Source of the DNA: a virus
Lineage: Duplodnaviria; Caudoviricetes
Length of the DNA stretch: 41,096 bases
Virus record (IMG/VR): IMGVR_UViG_3300030708_001584
Span: 1 to 41,096 of that record
Reading direction: 5' to 3' (one strand)
A program made the position numbers and the translations under genes. Positions 36,104-41,096 of this stretch are shown in pieces (position 1 is the stretch's first letter; each line of letters opens with the position of its first letter). The notes under the pieces are model-generated. The model searched no databases. It worked only from the letters and a program-made list of their open reading frames with translations, and had not been told where the DNA came from.

Positions 36104-36696
36104 GTGTTCTAGCCATTGATATAGAGACAAAGAATATGTCTCATGAAATCGGTGGCTGGAATAATACTCATATGTTTCAAGTATCTACTGTTGCTACTTG
36201 GGATGGAAATAAAGGCGTTGTTTATGTTGATGAACCCGTTGATTGTTTTGCTAAAACTGGAATAGAAGTAAAACCTCTATCAGTTCTTAAATATGATTTA
36301 GATGAACATTATGAAAATGGTGGTCGTCTTTTAGGTCATAATATTGTTTCATTTGATTTACCTGTTCTAAGAGATTCAATGGACATATATTGTATCAGAA
36401 AGTATATGCAAAAGAAAGCATATATTGATACAAGTTCTTCATTAGTTTCAGGACACGGTAAAAGAATTAGATTAAACAATTTAGTAAAACATTCATTGGG
36501 GGATTCAAAAACAATGGATAGTGCAGATGCTCCCCTTTTATGGAAACAAGGAGATTTTAATACAGTTACAGAATACTGTCTTAAAGATACACAACTCGTC
36601 TATGACTTATGGAGATTTGGTCAAAAGAATGGCTATGTATCTGCATATGATATAGATGAAGAGATTAAAAAACAATATGAGGTGAAATGGAAATGA
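36100..36696 (+). CDS. DEDDy/RNase H-like 3'-5' exonuclease
   Basis: DIET, HNIVSFD, YCLKD. Confidence 0.88.
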   Translation: MSVLAIDIETKNMSHEIGGWNNTHMFQVSTVATWDGNKGVVYVDEPVDCFAKTGIEVKPLSVLKYDLDEHYENGGRLLGHNIVSFDLPVLRDSMDIYCIRKYMQKKAYIDTSSSLVSGHGKRIRLNNLVKHSLGDSKTMDSADAPLLWKQGDFNTVTEYCLKDTQLVYDLWRFGQKNGYVSAYDIDEEIKKQYEVKWK

Positions 36697-36839
36697 GTGC
36701 ATGGAGTTGGTTAGGCTTACTATTATACATAATGCTTATGGCAGTATTTTTCTTTGCGGCCTTTGGAACATCAAATATGTCCGAAGATAGCATTGACGAA
36801 TATATGGATAAATTGATTAGAGAGTCCGGTAATAGATAA
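36693..36839 (+). CDS. 48-aa membrane microprotein
   Basis: Manual translation; N-terminal hydrophobic helix. Confidence 0.65.
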   Translation: MSAWSWLGLLLYIMLMAVFFFAAFGTSNMSEDSIDEYMDKLIRESGNR

Positions 36840-36997
36840 TGTCTTTAAAATGCGATTGTAAGTATTGTGGTCTTACTACAATACCTAAGAGAATACAAGG
36901 CATTTATGTTGGTTCGACAGAAACGATAAAATTATGGGAATGTCGAGAGTGCTTTTTTGTTTGGTCAGAAAAGAATCCTCTCGGAATGCCCGTTTAA
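36839..36997 (+). CDS. 52-aa Zn-ribbon microprotein (CKYCG...WECRECFFVW)
   Basis: Manual translation; TAATG coupling. Confidence 0.68.
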   Translation: MSLKCDCKYCGLTTIPKRIQGIYVGSTETIKLWECRECFFVWSEKNPLGMPV

Positions 36998-37025
36998 AAA
37001 TTTTTGAATTTTTTACAGACATTTT

Positions 37026-37051
37026 TTAGTATTTCTATATAGAAATACTAA
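37026..37051. repeat. perfect 26-bp palindrome TTAGTATTTCTAT/ATAGAAATACTAA
   Basis: Read directly; lies between convergent gene blocks. Confidence 0.8.
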
Positions 37052-37355
37052 TTTCAGAATAATTAGGGGTTATTATTTCATTTCTATTAGCCGACGGCGA
37101 GGGTATTTAAATCGGCAATTTATTTCAAAAATATCAATCTCAAAGACAGAGAAACCGCCTCAAAGGATGCCCTAAAACGTCGCTCAAGACACCCCTTGAA
37201 ATTAGTAGGGGTCCGGTCCCCCTTGAGCATTCAACGGCCTCTAAGACCCCCTCAGAGGCTTGTATTTTAATCACCATAAGATAGAAATAAAATAAATGCT
37301 GCAATTAGAAAAAGAAACAAATTTATTGTTATATAAACAACCTTAGTTTTAGTTT

Positions 37356-39380
37356 TCATGTAGAACTCACTATAAACCAACCGTTCTGTAAGTTACCTAA
37401 ACCATTAGCATCAGTTAAATTATTTTTATCATAACTAATATAAGCGCATAAAGTAACACAACCCATACTAGGCAAAGTCAAAACATTAGAAGTTCCAATC
37501 ATAGCATGAGTAGTTTGAGCAAAATCAATTTCATCACCACTTGCCGGAGAAATAATAGCAGAAGCAGATGTAACATTTTTAATTATAATTATTTGTCCTG
37601 TATTTACAGTAGAACTACTTGTTGCTGGTAATTCAAAAAAGTTATTTGCAGAGTTTCTAACATCAGGTATTTGTATATAACCATGCATTAATTGTCCTTT
37701 AGTTCCTGTTGGGCCAGAAACTAACATTCCTCCACCCGGAGTCATATATGTATGAGCGCGACCATCAGTCATTGGAGTAATCATTGAACCTGAATTATCG
37801 AATTTTAATCTTTCAGCCGCAGCAGCACCACCGGACATTGTTTTTAATGTTAAAGAAAAATCTTCTGAACCTCCTGTTGTATCAGTAATTGCAGTTTCTA
37901 TTGTAGCACCAATTTCATTATTTCCTGCTGATGTTTCTACTTCAAATTGTATTCCAACACCTAAACCAGTAGCGGGAGTTCCTGATGTTTCTTCTGTAAT
38001 TTTTAATGGGAATACAACTGCATTAGTTGTTGAATCGCTATTTACTACTTGTAATGCATTATCAGGATTATTTGTATTTATTCCTACTTTACCATCGGAA
38101 GTAACTCTTAATTTTTCAGTAGCAGCACCAGACGAACCAGTAGATAAAATTAAATCTGTTGCATTAACACTACTACTAAATGTATCTTGTGCTATTGCTT
38201 TAATAGAAGCAGAAACTTCTGTTGCATCTGAACCACTACCTTCTACTGGCGCAGAAAAATTAATTCTACCTAATTCATCATTAGCAACAATAGTAGTTTC
38301 TCTTGTTTCAATTGATATTTCACCCGCAGGTGCGGTTCCTGTTCCTGTTAATCCTCTTACACGAATACCTGACCCTTCAACCATTAATTGAGTGTTAAAA
38401 GCATCAACTGTATCTCCATCAACAATAGAACCAATCATTAAAGTTCCATCTTCTGTTCCATCCGTTTTATCTAAAATTCTACCAAATATACTTGTATAGT
38501 CAATATTTTCAGGTGAACCAGCATCATTTTTTCCTCTAGCATCTATTCTCAATGTAAAATCATTATCTGCGGGTGATGAAGAGTTTCTAAAAAATACTAA
38601 ATCTGGTGCAGTTCCAGTTCCCGAATCTGTATTTATTAGTGTTAATCCTGCATCTGTTGTTCCAGTTGTTGTTCCAGTAATTTGCCCAGTAACAGATAAA
38701 TCTCCTGTAACTGTTGTTGCTCCTGCTCCAGTTATACTTAATTTAGCAGAATCAGAATTATTTCTAACTTCAAAAGCAGTATTAGCATCATCACTACCTA
38801 ATCTTGCTACAATTTTTTTATCTGCATCTGTATTATCAATAATAAAATCTCCACCAGCAGTAGGAACTTCTACGGTAGTCCCACCAGAAGCAGCAGTTAT
38901 TTTACTCATTTCAGTATATCCAGAATCATTATAACCTATACTTAAACTATTTTCAGTTTTATTTACAGTAAGATATTGAAGACCAACATTTGCTGTTCCA
39001 TTGTGTGTAACAACAGCAATAATAGTATCTCCTGCTGTATATTCTGGAACTTTATTTACAGCAGTAGGATTCCTAATTCTAAGAACATTTGAACTATCTA
39101 CTACTAATAAATGATAACCATTAGTATAAGTAGAACTTAAAGCCATATTATTTACTGCACTAATTGAAACTTTATTACCATCTCTAAAAATAACACCTGC
39201 TCCTACGTCAATTTGTGTTGCACTATCAATTGTAATATCAAATCCACTTATTGCATAGTTTTGACCTAAACCATCAGAAAGTGCTTTAATAATTCCTGTA
39301 TGTGGAAAATCAACACCATCCTCTATTTGAGCAGTTGGTGATGTTGCACTTTTACTGTATTGATTAGGGTTACTTACCAT
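37356..39380 (-). CDS. tail fibre/adhesin-like virion protein
   Basis: Thr/Gly/Ser/Asp-rich; EKLRVTSDGKVGINT..P...L.V fibre-type motif. Confidence 0.7.
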   Translation of the reverse strand: MVSNPNQYSKSATSPTAQIEDGVDFPHTGIIKALSDGLGQNYAISGFDITIDSATQIDVGAGVIFRDGNKVSISAVNNMALSSTYTNGYHLLVVDSSNVLRIRNPTAVNKVPEYTAGDTIIAVVTHNGTANVGLQYLTVNKTENSLSIGYNDSGYTEMSKITAASGGTTVEVPTAGGDFIIDNTDADKKIVARLGSDDANTAFEVRNNSDSAKLSITGAGATTVTGDLSVTGQITGTTTGTTDAGLTLINTDSGTGTAPDLVFFRNSSSPADNDFTLRIDARGKNDAGSPENIDYTSIFGRILDKTDGTEDGTLMIGSIVDGDTVDAFNTQLMVEGSGIRVRGLTGTGTAPAGEISIETRETTIVANDELGRINFSAPVEGSGSDATEVSASIKAIAQDTFSSSVNATDLILSTGSSGAATEKLRVTSDGKVGINTNNPDNALQVVNSDSTTNAVVFPLKITEETSGTPATGLGVGIQFEVETSAGNNEIGATIETAITDTTGGSEDFSLTLKTMSGGAAAAERLKFDNSGSMITPMTDGRAHTYMTPGGGMLVSGPTGTKGQLMHGYIQIPDVRNSANNFFELPATSSSTVNTGQIIIIKNVTSASAIISPASGDEIDFAQTTHAMIGTSNVLTLPSMGCVTLCAYISYDKNNLTDANGLGNLQNGWFIVSST

Positions 39381-39381
39381 A

Positions 39382-39801
39382 TTATTCGACCTCCGCCACT
39401 AAAGTAATATCTATTGTATCTGATGTAGTAAAAGGCCCTAACGCATCAAAGTTGAATCTAGCAACCATAACTGTATCTGTTGTAACTGCCGTAGAAATAG
39501 TATCTGATACTGATAAAGCCATATTTGTTTTTAGAGTATTAAAATGAACCTCATTTGAGGGTAATGTAGCAAATATACCAAACTCCCTTATTGTTTCACC
39601 ATTTAGAGAATTAAAAGTAGCATTGAAATCAACTACATTTTCATCGGATAATACTGACGAAAATGATGATGAAGATGCAACAACCGAATCTAAATCATTA
39701 CTAGATGGGTTAGTGCTATCACCACCATTACCTACTTTCGCGGTTGTAGTAAATGTTTTTAAAAACATCGCCATTCTTCGTTTTGTTTCTTCGGTTATCA
39801 T
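39382..39801 (-). CDS. putative tail/baseplate protein
   Basis: VGNGG...NGETIREFGIF...MVAR pattern. Confidence 0.65.
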   Translation of the reverse strand: MITEETKRRMAMFLKTFTTTAKVGNGGDSTNPSSNDLDSVVASSSSFSSVLSDENVVDFNATFNSLNGETIREFGIFATLPSNEVHFNTLKTNMALSVSDTISTAVTTDTVMVARFNFDALGPFTTSDTIDITLVAEVE

Positions 39802-41096
39802 AGATTTATCTCCTTTAATGTAGTAGTAGTAGAACTAGTTCCTCCGGTGAATCCTAATGTGGCGGTCCCTATATTTAATGTTTGACTGAAACCTAACACG
39901 AATGAACCCGCAGAAGTAGTTTTAGTAATTATTAATTTGATTGGTTTTACTCTATATTGTTCAAGATTGATAGCAGTTTCTTCATTTTCTTTAAAAGTTT
40001 GACCTCTAATGAATGCTCTTGACTTTTTATTATCAATCAATATCTCTGCAAGTTTAGCCTGTAAGCCGGCATTAAAAACACCTAATTCTAATTGCATAGG
40101 CCCAATTTCATATTTTATACCCAAAACCAAATATTCGCCTCTAACTATTCCATTATATTTAGATTCAAAATCTACTACATCACCAACTCTTAAATATTTT
40201 AATTTATCAGTTCCTAAAGTTACCGTAACTCTTTTACTATTTTCTGTGTGTTGTTTAAGTAATCTTCTTGCCTCTGTATTTACTTCTTCTTGTGTAGTTA
40301 AAGATTCATCAGTAACTTCTAAAGTTTTAATTCCAAATTTTTTAATTCCTTTTATATCACGAACTCTAGATTTAACTCCCCTTCCATAAACATTAATATC
40401 ATTATAATAATCAAATAACGAATTTTCTCTACTTACACTAGTAATTTTATAATCTGGATTTTCATCTGTTATGAATGCTCTAGTAAAATTAGAACTATCT
40501 GATATTTTAGTTAATGAAATATTATTACCATCAAAATCTAATCTTTTATTTTTTAATCTTGCTAAGAAATTAATTGCTGAATAAGCATCTGCTCCTTGAA
40601 AGTTTGGTCCTATAAAATACTCAAATTCAGGAGTTGTATTATCAAATTGTATATTATTTCTTTCTAAAATATCATTAATTATATCTTCTGCTTCTAATGC
40701 AATACTAACTGAACAACCAATTTTTGCTTTAGTTGATTTTCTTAAGGAAATGGGTCTAGGTGATGTAATTGTAAAAGGAGTTGAAAAGGAAACTATACCA
40801 ACCTGCCGTTTAAATTTAGAACCGAAAGTTAGAGTAGGAACTGTATAAGTTGCTGTATCAGGAAAATCATTATTACTAGAATTTTTAGATGCAGTAAATA
40901 AATCTATTCTTAAATTTTGTTTATATTTTTCATTACCATCAGTTGTATAAAAAGTATAATTACCCTCACTTAATCCTGTTCCAAAGAAATTTTCAGGACT
41001 TCTAACGACATAATCATTTCCATCTCCTAATCTATCAGAATCTACAACGACATACATTGATAATACTCCTTCCTGATAACCAGAAACTACACTCCT
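39798..41096 (-). CDS. tail hub/baseplate-like protein, N-terminus off the right edge
   Basis: Frame stays open from 41057 to the edge; YNDINVYG...IKKFG...LRVGDVV pattern. Confidence 0.65.
   Translation of the reverse strand, partial: RSVVSGYQEGVLSMYVVVDSDRLGDGNDYVVRSPENFFGTGLSEGNYTFYTTDGNEKYKQNLRIDLFTASKNSSNNDFPDTATYTVPTLTFGSKFKRQVGIVSFSTPFTITSPRPISLRKSTKAKIGCSVSIALEAEDIINDILERNNIQFDNTTPEFEYFIGPNFQGADAYSAINFLARLKNKRLDFDGNNISLTKISDSSNFTRAFITDENPDYKITSVSRENSLFDYYNDINVYGRGVKSRVRDIKGIKKFGIKTLEVTDESLTTQEEVNTEARRLLKQHTENSKRVTVTLGTDKLKYLRVGDVVDFESKYNGIVRGEYLVLGIKYEIGPMQLELGVFNAGLQAKLAEILIDNKKSRAFIRGQTFKENEETAINLEQYRVKPIKLIITKTTSAGSFVLGFSQTLNIGTATLGFTGGTSSTTTTLKEINL

Overview
AT-rich, densely coding fragment of a tailed dsDNA archaeal virus. 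Its archaeal-type replisome, split family B polymerase, TFB and GGTGA/GAGGTG ribosome-binding sites best fit a magrovirus-like virus (Marine Group II/Poseidoniales host); this is inferred from gene content, not from a database search. Layout: (1) 1-1400, short minus-strand ORFs. (2) 1471-5400, seven self-contained gene modules in both orientations, each bounded by a CATATG-centred palindromic site with CAAAGT/ACTTTG arms. (3) 5400-6000, a non-coding region with inverted ATGAGAA repeats, a candidate origin. (4) 7595-8254, two tRNAs interleaved with five copies of an unrecognised structured ncRNA. (5) 8.2-19 kb, accessory and metabolic genes: many Zn-finger microproteins, class II RNR, TFB, and ubiquitin-like, E1 and JAB proteins. 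(6) 19-37 kb, replication block: PC4, two histone-fold candidates, ligase, RFC, RPA-like protein, PCNA, split PolB, Cas4-like nuclease, primase, XPF, MCM-like helicase and exonuclease. (7) 37.3-41.1 kb, convergent minus-strand tail genes. The most striking unexplained systems are the palindrome-bounded module array, the five-copy ncRNA family, the viral ubiquitin-like toolkit with a capped Ubl, and a 27-aa double PIP-box microprotein. All coordinates were counted by hand, and product calls rest on motif recognition.
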